DNA of 32,000 nt. Source: Candidatus Fokinia solitaria. GTDB lineage: Bacteria; Pseudomonadota; Alphaproteobacteria; Rickettsiales; Midichloriaceae. Of this stretch, positions 19,280 through 27,479 are shown in pieces. Below the pieces are notes generated by a model that was given only the letters and a program-made list of their open reading frames with translations, did not search any database and was not told the DNA's origin. Numbering within the stretch: position 1 is the stretch's first letter; each line of letters opens with the position of its first letter. Both the position numbers and the translations under genes were made by a program. The stretch is from assembly GCF_003072485.1 (NCBI RefSeq), contig NZ_CP025989.1, positions 510,001 through 542,000 on the forward strand, in the 5' to 3' direction.

Positions 19280-19394
19280 TGCTTCCTACGCTATTCTATA
19301 GCAATTTTCGTGAAGATTAAAGCTTAAATAACAAAATTCAATAAAGGAGCGCATTCAGAGTGAGATATATCCTCAATACTGTTAATTACGAAGA

Positions 19395-19423
19395 TTGCAA
19401 TCTATCGCATATTATGGTACGCT
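19395..19423 (+). promoter_or_regulatory. Candidate sigma70-type promoter of rpsC (-35 TTGCAA, 17-bp spacer, extended -10 TGgTACGCT)
   Basis: TTGCAA 19395-19400, TG at 19415-19416, TACGCT 19418-19423. It lies ~35 bp upstream of the rpsC ATG and has the same architecture as the rpmB and rplO candidates. Confidence 0.35.
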
Positions 19424-19458
19424 TTCCACATTCATTAGTTTGATTAAAGTTTTCTAAT

Positions 19459-20115
19459 ATGGGACAAAAGGCAAATCCTGTTGGTCTGAGGTTAGGTATT
19501 AATAGAAGTACCGATTCGATGTGGTATGCGTCAAAGGCAGATTATCCGCGCATCCTACGTCAAGACATTGCTGTACGTGAGCTTATAGAACAGCGTTTCG
19601 GAAATGCTTTAATATCCAAAATTGAGATGCGCCGTTCTTCGTCAAAACTGAATGTAAGAATAGTAGCGACGAAACCTATGGTGATACTAGGTAAAAGTGG
19701 TGCAGAAACGGATACTCTAAAAAAGAGTATTGCCGATATCGCAGATCAAGGTCTAGAAATCAATGTAATTGTAGATACTGAAAAAAAACCGTTATTACAA
19801 TCTAGAGTTGTAGCAAAAATGATTTCTCAACAACTCGAACAGAGAGTCGCGCCGAAACAGGCAATGAAGAAAGCTATTAGAGATGTTATGAAATCAGGCG
19901 CATACGGAGTGAGAATCGCTATAAGTGGAAGATTAGGTGGCGCTGAAATAGCAAGAACAGAATGGCAAAAAGATGGTAGCGTACCTCTTCATACATTGAG
20001 AATGCCGATCGAAAAAAGTAATGCAGTTGCGCATACTACGTATGGCGTACTTGGAGTAGCTGTAATTATAGCTGCTCATCCAAATAGCGTACATGAGGAA
20101 GAGCAACACTCTTAA
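19459..20115 (+). CDS. rpsC: 30S ribosomal protein S3 (218 aa)
   Basis: MGQKANPVGLRLGINRSTDSMWYA..., KH-like region, GVRIAISGRLGGAEIARTEW..DGSVPLHTL. Full-length collinear with uS3. Confidence 0.95.
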   Translation: MGQKANPVGLRLGINRSTDSMWYASKADYPRILRQDIAVRELIEQRFGNALISKIEMRRSSSKLNVRIVATKPMVILGKSGAETDTLKKSIADIADQGLEINVIVDTEKKPLLQSRVVAKMISQQLEQRVAPKQAMKKAIRDVMKSGAYGVRIAISGRLGGAEIARTEWQKDGSVPLHTLRMPIEKSNAVAHTTYGVLGVAVIIAAHPNSVHEEEQHS

Positions 20116-20530
20116 TAAGCTTTTATTTTAGAGAGAAGAACTTCCTATAGCTAGCATATAAGCAGCAATGTACAGAGTTTTAGCTTTTAGCTTTTGCGTT
20201 GTAAAATCTGTAAAGTTCGCCATGTGAAGCGCACTGCCTTTCAAGTATGCGATGGTTGTGCGAGAAAGTATCTTTCCTTCTCAAGATGAAATTTATGATT
20301 GATGTGCCCTCACTTAGTTTCTTTGTACTCTGCTTTCTAAGCTAAGATGCAATTTGTTCGGAGATATGCATTATTTCATTTATAGTAACGACTGTATCGC
20401 TCTTTCTTACCATCTCTTTCTTGATTTCTTTTATCTCTAACTACTGCGCTATCGCAGTGTGAACGGTAGAATTTATAAGCAGCATATTGCCACTCACCTC
20501 TCATTACGATAAAGAGAAGTAAATCTTTTT

Positions 20531-20594
20531 GCTGTATTTCAAAAGTGCTTTTCTTTGCTGTATTTCAAAAGCACATCTCTTTCCTGTATTTGAA
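20531..20594. repeat. Three direct repeats with 26-bp period (GCTGTATTTCAAAAG x2, then degenerate CCTGTATTTGAA)
   Basis: Copies start at 20531, 20557 and 20583, inside a 524-bp spacer (20116-20639) with no ORF of 60 aa or more, between the convergent rpsC and serine-hydrolase genes. Confidence 0.8.
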
Positions 20595-20639
20595 CGTATA
20601 TAATTATAAAATTTTTCTACTGCTGTAATTGATCTTACA

Positions 20640-21725
20640 TTAATGCATAAATAATTCGCAGAATTTTAACCCTTTCTTAGAAGGAAAACTCGATTGTTGA
20701 TTAGTAAGAATTACTATTCCAACTTCTGCAGAAGGCACAAAACCAATAAAAGAATTTACTCCATTGATTGAACCGCCATGGAAAATCATTTTTTTATTCG
20801 ATGTTTTTCCTACTCTCCATCCAATTGCATAATACTTTTTTATTCCACTACGTTTATCCTTTGAATGACTTTTCACAACAGGAGTATATAAGTAGCGCAA
20901 CATTTTCCTAGAAATAACATCTTCTCTATATCCAGAACTTAGTTTCAAGATTTCTATCATTCCATTCAACGAAGCAAATACACCAGCGGCAGAAGAAACG
21001 GTCTTCGGATAATAAGGTGGAAATGGTAAAGATTTCAATACCCTCTTCCCTTTTCTCTTTATCACAAGATGCGGGTAAGCAATTGCGTGATTTCTTTTTA
21101 TCGGAAACATATGAATACCATTTACTCCTAAACGATCAGACATTGCGACAACAGCGTTCCGTAAATTTAATTCATTAGCTTTCAAAAATTCTTCAGATAA
21201 GCTGAAAATCGCATTACTATAAAAATAGCACTCTCCTACTCTACACTTTGGGCATTGTTTTGATATCTGAGAAAGTAATGCATTTCGAGAAAACCCTCTT
21301 TCTATTTGCGGATTTCCGGAGAAGTCATAGCCTGTACTATGGCTTAAAATATCCTTCATACTAATATCTGTGCCGATACATGAAAGCTTTATTTTCTTCT
21401 CGAAGGAAAAATCGCTATGTTCAGCGAGAAACGCAATACTCAACGCAGATATTGGTTTTGAAACAGATGCAAGCGGAAATAGCGTATCTGCGGTAATCTT
21501 TTGACGATTACCGATTCTTTTACCAAAAGTTGTCTTATAAACTACACGTCCTTTGTATAGAATTGCTATTGCGCCGCCTTGCAATGTATGTTTTTCCCGC
21601 TGGCATTCCTCTGCAAATTTCTTAATCTTCAATAAGTTATCATTGCTAGCTGTAGCTATGCTTGCACTACATAGAAAAAATAGTATAAAGAAAATCAAAG
21701 AATCTCTTAACATTAACCTTTGCAA
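20640..21725 (-). CDS. Secreted serine hydrolase of the beta-lactamase/PBP (class C-like) family
   Basis: Signal peptide (likely true start ATG 21713: MLRDSLIFFILFFLCSASIATA). SxxK motif LASVSKPISA, YxN motif YFYSNAIF, and a KTG-like HGGS near the C-terminus. Confidence 0.8.
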   Translation of the reverse strand: MQRLMLRDSLIFFILFFLCSASIATASNDNLLKIKKFAEECQREKHTLQGGAIAILYKGRVVYKTTFGKRIGNRQKITADTLFPLASVSKPISALSIAFLAEHSDFSFEKKIKLSCIGTDISMKDILSHSTGYDFSGNPQIERGFSRNALLSQISKQCPKCRVGECYFYSNAIFSLSEEFLKANELNLRNAVVAMSDRLGVNGIHMFPIKRNHAIAYPHLVIKRKGKRVLKSLPFPPYYPKTVSSAAGVFASLNGMIEILKLSSGYREDVISRKMLRYLYTPVVKSHSKDKRSGIKKYYAIGWRVGKTSNKKMIFHGGSINGVNSFIGFVPSAEVGIVILTNQQSSFPSKKGLKFCELFMH

Positions 21726-21780
21726 TCGAAGTAAATTACAATTCTGATAAATAAAAAAGACATCTCACTTCAGGTGTCTA

Positions 21781-23121
21781 CTACCCTCCGATGTCGAATT
21801 TATTCTGATAGTTACTTTTTAGCAAGAGAATAACAATAAATAGTGCGGGTATGGATAATAACACCGATACTACGAAATATACTTTCCATCCAAAAAGCGA
21901 TGCTATAAATCCAGAAAAAGAACTGAATATATTTCTCATAAGCTGCGAAGACGAACTTAATATAGCAAACATTGTAGCTCTATAAGAGTTTTGCGCTCTA
22001 CAAAACATACTCATGAAACTTATTATAGCAACATTAGCAAAACCCTGGCAAACCTTTTCCAAACACGAAATCGCACCTAATATCATGTTTCCAGCAGATG
22101 ATGATAGAAATATCAAAAACAACAAATTAGAGAAAGCTGCCATAATTTCAGCAGCAAGTAATATATGTATTGTTTTCTCAAAAAATCTTCGAAGAATGTA
22201 GCTTCCAATTACTGTACCTGTTAAGAATCCGATTGTGCCAAAAATCTTATTAAACGTGGCAAGCTGTTCTTTTGAGAAACCATTTTCTAAAAGAAATGGC
22301 ATTAGCAATACATCCATAAATCCATCGCTTAGTTTGAATGTAGCAACTAAAAGCAATATCAATACGGCTTTATCAGCTGCAAGAAATGTGGTAAAGGCAC
22401 CACAATACTCTTTAATAAAAGAAGCAATTTCGTACTTTTTCTTTTGAAGCGTGACGATGGCATCATCTATTTTGTAAATTACTATCAGATACAATGAACA
22501 TAGAAATCCGCAAATAGCATATACACTATTCCAAGAGACAATACTTACAAGATTGAGAGTGATAAAACTGATGCATGAGATTGCGGTTGTCCACCCTAGA
22601 ATAAAGTATAAATCAACTTTCGGAATTTCATAATTATTTGCAGCTTCTAACCTAAATGCTTCTAGGCTATTATCAAAAGTTGCGCACATGGACGCTTGTA
22701 GCAGCGTAAAAGCAAAAAATACACATTCGTTATAAACCATAAAAGGAATAGCGATCATACTCAACGAGATCATAATCTGAAGTAAGAACATCCATCTCTT
22801 CCTCATGCACCACTTTTTCGGAAACAACATATCTAGCGGTATAATGTCGGTAAATGGCGCACTTAAAGATTTAAAAGAAAATGGTAACATCCTAGCTGAG
22901 AGGATACCTAATGAAATCAAAGAGTACTTTATATCATGTAGAAAGACAGTCGTCACAACAGAAAGCACGCCAAATGAGGTGCCGCTACATGCACCTAAAA
23001 GAAATAATCTTAAATGTACTATATGTGGAAATAAATGTCGCCATATTAATTTCATATAGCTTTTATTGGTACACCATAATACATTATTTATATGGTAGCA
23101 CATCATCTTTTTTAGTGCCAT
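21781..23121 (-). CDS. ampG: MFS muropeptide permease AmpG family (true start possibly Met23 at 23055)
   Basis: About 12 hydrophobic segments. The N-terminal pattern LRLFLLGACSGTSFGVL...LPFSFKSLSAPFTDIIP...RKRWMFLLQ matches the AmpG signature (llGfsSGLP ... PY.lKflWaPl.D ... RRR.Wm...Q). Confidence 0.8.
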   Translation of the reverse strand: MALKKMMCYHINNVLWCTNKSYMKLIWRHLFPHIVHLRLFLLGACSGTSFGVLSVVTTVFLHDIKYSLISLGILSARMLPFSFKSLSAPFTDIIPLDMLFPKKWCMRKRWMFLLQIMISLSMIAIPFMVYNECVFFAFTLLQASMCATFDNSLEAFRLEAANNYEIPKVDLYFILGWTTAISCISFITLNLVSIVSWNSVYAICGFLCSLYLIVIYKIDDAIVTLQKKKYEIASFIKEYCGAFTTFLAADKAVLILLLVATFKLSDGFMDVLLMPFLLENGFSKEQLATFNKIFGTIGFLTGTVIGSYILRRFFEKTIHILLAAEIMAAFSNLLFLIFLSSSAGNMILGAISCLEKVCQGFANVAIISFMSMFCRAQNSYRATMFAILSSSSQLMRNIFSSFSGFIASLFGWKVYFVVSVLLSIPALFIVILLLKSNYQNKFDIGG

Positions 23122-24020
23122 ATCAATCCAAAATCATTCATAAATTGAGTACTATCATAACGAAAAGATACAAAATAGAGTGCGCTATAGGAATTGAAGT
23201 AGAGTTTTACGCAATACCTAAAAATCGATACAAACACAGTACTATAGTTGAATTGGCAGAAAAACTAAAACAATGCGGAGTATCAGTGGTTAAAGAAGAT
23301 GATGAAGATCAATACGAAATTAGAATACCTCACACTACAGATCTTAATCGCTTATGCGAAAAAATTGAAATGTGCAATAAAGTACTAGAAAACTGCAATC
23401 AACATATAATTATTACGTCAGCAAAGCCATTTTTAAAAAAAAATGCATCGAGTGCACAGTACAACATTAGTTTACATATTGATAGCAAAAACATCTTTTC
23501 TCAGTCATCTATTACAAAAAATGACCATCTAACGAGTTACGTCAATAGTATCTTAGAAATGCTGAACGATGCTTTATACTTTCTACTGTCTCAAGATAAT
23601 GAGGAATACGCTCGCTTCGGTAGTAGTATACACACACCTCTGACAGTAAGCTGGGGGATCAACAATAGAACTGCCGCAATCAGAATACCATCTTCATATC
23701 ACGAAAACAGAAGGATAGAATTTAGGGTGCCATCACCTAAGTCATCGCACGATAACGTAGTACTATTTTTGCTAATATCACTCTTACACAAGATAGCGGT
23801 TTCTCAGAAGAAACACTATTCACCAATATATGGAAATGCGCATGATACAGCGCTGTACGGAGGCGAACCTTTGCACTCCTCTCACAAAGCAGCGGCGGCG
23901 AACTTCAGATTGCCAGAACGCATTATACTCATATCAAACGCCTTTGAACGAAGTGATTATGAAATGCAAAACATCCTTTCTGAAATTCACGCCTTACTGC
24001 TACAACACAAAATACCTTAG
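23115..24020 (+). CDS. Glutamine synthetase catalytic-domain-only protein (lacks the N-terminal beta-grasp domain; start uncertain, possibly degenerate)
   Basis: GIEVEFYAI vs GS GPEPEFFLF. DQYEIRI vs GQNEVATRF. AKPFL vs MPKPMF. NRTAAIRIP vs NRSASIRIP. RRIEFRVPSP vs RRIEVRFPDP. The track ORF starts at ATG 22911, but its first ~70 codons overlap ampG on the opposite strand and resemble no GS region. The nearest in-frame starts past ampG are GTG 23115 and TTG 23145. Confidence 0.65.
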   Translation: MPYQSKIIHKLSTIITKRYKIECAIGIEVEFYAIPKNRYKHSTIVELAEKLKQCGVSVVKEDDEDQYEIRIPHTTDLNRLCEKIEMCNKVLENCNQHIIITSAKPFLKKNASSAQYNISLHIDSKNIFSQSSITKNDHLTSYVNSILEMLNDALYFLLSQDNEEYARFGSSIHTPLTVSWGINNRTAAIRIPSSYHENRRIEFRVPSPKSSHDNVVLFLLISLLHKIAVSQKKHYSPIYGNAHDTALYGGEPLHSSHKAAAANFRLPERIILISNAFERSDYEMQNILSEIHALLLQHKIP

Positions 24021-24025
24021 AAAAA

Positions 24026-24889
24026 CTATAACTCTCCGTCGGAAGCTCTATTTTTAACCAAAGCAATTTCTATAATTTTTACGTCTTTCTCTTCAAGTAC
24101 TGCTCTCGCATTCTGAGAAACTTTATGCACCTCTATCGAACGAAAAGCTTTATCGAGAATAGTATCCGGCTCCTTAGGGCCAAGTAACTTGACATTCTCT
24201 CCCTTCTTTTCAATTAATCCGAGTTCAATCATTACATCCATTGTTACGTCAGAATCCGCATTAATCTTCTCATTTCTAATCAGATCATTCAGCGCATCAA
24301 CACTAATTAAAGTATACTCTATCCTGTTAGTACTTCTAAAACCACGCTTAGGTAGCCTTGTGTACAAAGGCATTTGCCCTCCTTCAAATCCATTTAATGC
24401 AACTCCACTCCGTGCAGTCTGTCCTTTTCCACCTCTACCGGATGTCTTTCCAAGCCCTGAACCAACGCCACGACCGAGTACTTTTTTACCTCTTCTAGCG
24501 CCGTAATTATCTCTGAAGTCATTCAGCTTCGTGAAGGAGTTGCTACGCTCATCGCCTCGCTGTCCATACTCATCGTTTCTTCTACGAAATGAACTTCCGT
24601 CTCCTCTACCGTAAAATCCTGAACGTTCACCATCTCGTTGCGGACGCTCGTCGCTTCTGCTACGAAACGAGTTTCTGCCATCTGTTCTACCGTAAAATCC
24701 AGAGCGCTCACCATCACGTTGTCCGCGGTCTGCTCCTCTACCACGAAAAGAACTTCCACGCTCTGTCTCAGTAGAAAAACTAGATGAACGCTCGCTACTA
24801 CGATATCCTCGTTCACTTCTTTGTCCTGGCTCTCGCCTTTCGTTACCTCTCTCACTATATGAGGAATTTTTATAAGCTTTTCTTCGCAT
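24026..24889 (-). CDS. rplO: 50S ribosomal protein L15 with a ~120-aa N-terminal Arg/Gly/Ser/Glu-rich repeat extension (287 aa)
   Basis: Residues ~121-287 ([42 protein letters not shown]...[18 protein letters not shown]...) are collinear with full-length uL15. The preceding 120 codons are open in the same frame from ATG 24889, and there is no ATG/GTG/TTG at the canonical start. Confidence 0.9.
   Translation of the reverse strand: MRRKAYKNSSYSERGNERREPGQRSERGYRSSERSSSFSTETERGSSFRGRGADRGQRDGERSGFYGRTDGRNSFRSRSDERPQRDGERSGFYGRGDGSSFRRRNDEYGQRGDERSNSFTKLNDFRDNYGARRGKKVLGRGVGSGLGKTSGRGGKGQTARSGVALNGFEGGQMPLYTRLPKRGFRSTNRIEYTLISVDALNDLIRNEKINADSDVTMDVMIELGLIEKKGENVKLLGPKEPDTILDKAFRSIEVHKVSQNARAVLEEKDVKIIEIALVKNRASDGEL
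24560..24721 (-). repeat. Tandem 81-bp (27-codon) duplication inside the rplO extension
   Basis: Unit 1 is 24641-24721 ([27 protein letters not shown]). Unit 2 is 24560-24640 ([27 protein letters not shown]). The first 12 codons differ at 4 positions, all synonymous (cgt/cga, gag/gaa, cgc/cgt, tct/tca). Confidence 0.85.
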
Positions 24890-24922
24890 ACTTAATATAT
24901 TGCCGTTGTAATAACGTACGAA

Positions 24923-24951
24923 ATAGTATCATAACATATGCGGATGTACAA
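24923..24951 (-). promoter_or_regulatory. Candidate promoter of rplO (-35 TTGTAC, 17-bp spacer, extended -10 TGaTACTAT)
   Basis: On the minus strand: TTGTAC (24946-24951), a 17-nt spacer ending in TGA, and TACTAT (24923-24928), ~33 bp upstream of ATG 24889. Confidence 0.3.
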
Positions 24952-25001
24952 ACACAAATATAAATTTTTAGTAAAGCGCATCTACATTTGGATACTATAT
25001 G

Positions 25002-25030
25002 TTGCACTACGCGCTATTTAATGGTAGCAT
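25002..25030 (+). promoter_or_regulatory. Candidate promoter of rpmB (-35 TTGCAC, 17-bp spacer, extended -10 TGgTAGCAT)
   Basis: TTGCAC 25002-25007 and TAGCAT 25025-25030, preceded by ATGG as in the rpsC candidate. It lies ~34 bp upstream of ATG 25065. Confidence 0.35.
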
Positions 25031-25064
25031 TACGCTAAATTGGTGAATTTCAGCTTAACATACT

Positions 25065-25358
25065 ATGCCTAGGAGATGTGACGTAAATGGTAAGACAGTT
25101 ATTTATGGTAATAACGTTTCGCATTCTAATAGAAGAACACGCAGAAGATTCCTGCCTAACATACAAAATGTTAGTGTATTCAGTTCTGCGATGCAGAAAT
25201 TCTTCAGACTAACTGTCTCTACCGCAGGTCTTCGTACATTGGATAAACATCATGGCATAGATAACTATCTGCTCGCTACCTCGAATGAAAAGTTGACGTC
25301 AAAACTTCTTAACATTAAGAAGGCTATCCTTGCGAATTCTAGTTCTTGTGCTGAATAA
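25065..25358 (+). CDS. rpmB: 50S ribosomal protein L28 (97 aa)
   Basis: MPRRCDVNGKTVIYGNNVSHSNRRTRRRFLPNIQ...RLTVSTAGLRTLDKHHGID is collinear with bL28 (MSR.C..tGK....GNNvSHa.n.TkRrF.PNlq). Confidence 0.93.
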   Translation: MPRRCDVNGKTVIYGNNVSHSNRRTRRRFLPNIQNVSVFSSAMQKFFRLTVSTAGLRTLDKHHGIDNYLLATSNEKLTSKLLNIKKAILANSSSCAE

Positions 25359-25376
25359 AATTTAAATGAAGCAATC

Positions 25377-25898
25377 ATGAATAGAGATGATAGGCTTTCT
25401 ACTATAAAGATCCTCTACGAGATTTCGTGTAAATCTTTTCTTTCAGAACGTGCACACGGAGATATATGGAACACAATGTCTGATCAGTATTCCAGCGATA
25501 ACTCTGAATATCATGAATTGCACGATTTTTATTCTGAAGAACTCGCAGAAGTAGATTTACGTGCTCCGTTCGTGAATGATGACGTAAGAAGTGCAGTAGC
25601 TTATTGCGCAATGAATCACCACAGCATTATCAAAACCATATCTAGCTGTCTTCAGAATGGTACCGATATATCAATGTCATATATGTTAGAAGCTATCCTT
25701 AAGTGCGCTTTTTACGAAGTATCTAAAAGAGTAGAATACGACATTGTATGGAAAAGCCGCCTTATATCCGAGTATTTAAGTATAGCGCCGCTTTTCGGAC
25801 AAACACAACGCTCCGGATTGATTAATCACTTACTCGATGCATGCTGGAAAAAGCTTAGCAACTTACCTAAAGCTTCAGTAGAAGCGGTGGTACAATAA
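25377..25898 (+). CDS. nusB: Transcription antitermination factor NusB (divergent, 173 aa)
   Basis: EAILKCAFYEV (cf. ILRLAVYEL) and ISEYLSIAPLFGQTQRSGLINHLLDA (cf. INEAVELAK.FG......FVNGVLD), with an N-terminal R....IKILYE. Size fits. The stop overlaps the tsaD ATG (TAATG). Confidence 0.75.
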   Translation: MNRDDRLSTIKILYEISCKSFLSERAHGDIWNTMSDQYSSDNSEYHELHDFYSEELAEVDLRAPFVNDDVRSAVAYCAMNHHSIIKTISSCLQNGTDISMSYMLEAILKCAFYEVSKRVEYDIVWKSRLISEYLSIAPLFGQTQRSGLINHLLDACWKKLSNLPKASVEAVVQ

Positions 25899-26962
25899 TG
25901 ATCGTTCTAGGTATAGAATCCAGTTGTGATGATGCTTGTGTCTCACTAGTGAAGGATGATGGTACAATTCTTTTTAGCGATTCTTATGCTCACACTGTAC
26001 TACATGCGCTATATGGAGGAGTTGTGCCGGAAATCGCTTCAAGATCTCACACTCAATCTCTTCCAAAATTATTCATGCGCTGTATCAATGAGTCAAAGAT
26101 TTCTCTCTCAAATATAGATTTTATAGGAGTGACTGCAGGACCAGGATTAGTCAGTGCTCTCATGGTAGGTATCGCTTTTGCAAAAGGTATCGCAACAGCT
26201 CTTAAAAAACCGTGCATTCCAGTAAATCACTTGGAAGCGCACGCTCTTGCTCCTAGGATGTCTAACAAAGATCTTTCTTTTCCGTATTTACTCTTATTAG
26301 TATCAGGAGGAAATACGCAACTCGTATTATCGCTAGGTATAGGAAAACATATAATAATAGGAGAGACACTAGATGACGCAATTGGAGAGACTTTTGATAA
26401 AGTCGCTCAATTTCTTAAATTAGGATACCCTGGAGGCCCGTTAATAGAAAGAATGGCAAAACACGGAAAACAGGAAGCGTATCGATTTCCAAAACCGTTA
26501 TATAAAAGTAATACGCTAAATTTCTCCTTCTCAGGTTTAAAAACAGCTATTAAAAAAGCAATTCTTAATAAAAATGAAATAAATCAGAATGATATATGCG
26601 ATATATGCGCTTCTTTTCAACGTACTATTCTCGATCTGTTAAACGATAAAATAGCTCAAGCTATTATATATGCTAAAAGAGATTATAATATTCAAATTGA
26701 AAGAGTAGTAATAGCAGGTGGCGTTTCTGCTAATGCGTTTTTATCTCATAACATAGGAAATTTTCTATGCAGTCTCGGCTGTAAATTATTTTTCTGTGAA
26801 GCAGCTCTATGTACCGATAATGCAGCAATGATTGCATGGACAGCGATAGAAAAGGTAAAAAACAGCTACACTTTAAATAAGCCTCTTCAGGAAAAATATA
26901 GCAGCACCATGAATTTCACGGTATCGCCAAATATGCGACTATCACTGACTGAAGAAGATTAA
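25898..26962 (+). CDS. tsaD: tRNA N6-adenosine threonylcarbamoyltransferase TsaD (354 aa)
   Basis: MIVLGIESSCDDACVSLV..., YGGVVPEIASRSH, GVTAGPGLVSALMVG, VNHLEAH, DDAIGETFDKVA..LGYPGGP, GGVSAN. Confidence 0.95.
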   Translation: MIVLGIESSCDDACVSLVKDDGTILFSDSYAHTVLHALYGGVVPEIASRSHTQSLPKLFMRCINESKISLSNIDFIGVTAGPGLVSALMVGIAFAKGIATALKKPCIPVNHLEAHALAPRMSNKDLSFPYLLLLVSGGNTQLVLSLGIGKHIIIGETLDDAIGETFDKVAQFLKLGYPGGPLIERMAKHGKQEAYRFPKPLYKSNTLNFSFSGLKTAIKKAILNKNEINQNDICDICASFQRTILDLLNDKIAQAIIYAKRDYNIQIERVVIAGGVSANAFLSHNIGNFLCSLGCKLFFCEAALCTDNAAMIAWTAIEKVKNSYTLNKPLQEKYSSTMNFTVSPNMRLSLTEED

Positions 26963-27048
26963 AGAACATACTTCATGTACTATATTTTACTTAAGGCAAT
27001 TTAGAGATATTGCGCATAAGGTATAAAAAATTTATAATTCTGTTATAA

Positions 27049-27297
27049 ATGGAAGTGCTATTAAATATGGAATCCGAATTCTTATCACAGGGTGGATTTG
27101 ATGGTAATAAAAGATATAATCTACCATTAGAGGATTGGATAACTACTGCTAATCATCCTCCTGCACTATTCTGGGGTGCTGAGATATCTAATATGCTACA
27201 TAAAATAAGATTAGAGGATGCAGCACTACTCACTAGTAGAATAGGTTCGGGACTCGGTGATGCGAAAATACCAAGTCTGTTTAATAGCAGGAAATAG
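27049..27297 (+). CDS. Orphan 82-aa ORF, no recognisable family (may be non-coding or a gene fragment)
   Basis: ATG-initiated ORF in an otherwise empty 517-bp gap. A small hairpin (TACTCTT-tag-AAGAGTA, 27302-27318) starts 5 nt after the TAG stop. No motif recognised. Confidence 0.25.
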   Translation: MEVLLNMESEFLSQGGFDGNKRYNLPLEDWITTANHPPALFWGAEISNMLHKIRLEDAALLTSRIGSGLGDAKIPSLFNSRK

Positions 27298-27479
27298 AAC
27301 GTACTCTTTAGAAGAGTAATTCGTATAATTCACTCTGCTGCTTTCATAATATATAGTTGTAGCTGATATAGCGTTCAGTATGCTATATTAACCGATATTC
27401 ATGAGGGAGTGGAAACTCATTTTCTGTAAGCTTCTATGCTTATAAACACTCGTCACTGTGTAAAATTTTCTTCATAACA

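Noticed and set aside
20531-20594. Possible CRISPR array
   Set aside because: There are only three degenerate copies, spaced 26 bp start to start with ~11-bp gaps instead of ~30-bp unique spacers. No cas genes occur anywhere in the window.
21553-22447. Plus-strand ORFs 21553-21747, 22013-22201 and 22235-22447
   Set aside because: They are antisense to the serine hydrolase or ampG genes, and no independent evidence supports them.
22911-23114. N-terminal ~70 codons of the track ORF 22911-24020 (GS-like gene)
   Set aside because: This part overlaps the 5' end of ampG on the opposite strand and shows no similarity to any GS region. The homology starts at about codon 75.
24189-24855. Alternative-frame ORFs overlapping rplO (24189-24506 +, 24523-24855 -, 24589-24774 +)
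   Set aside because: The rplO frame carries the unmistakable uL15 core and the repeat with synonymous-only differences. The other frames are by-products of the repetitive, stop-poor sequence.
25402-25611. 69-aa minus-strand ORF inside nusB
   Set aside because: It is antisense to nusB, which sits in a tight rpmB-nusB-tsaD co-directional array.
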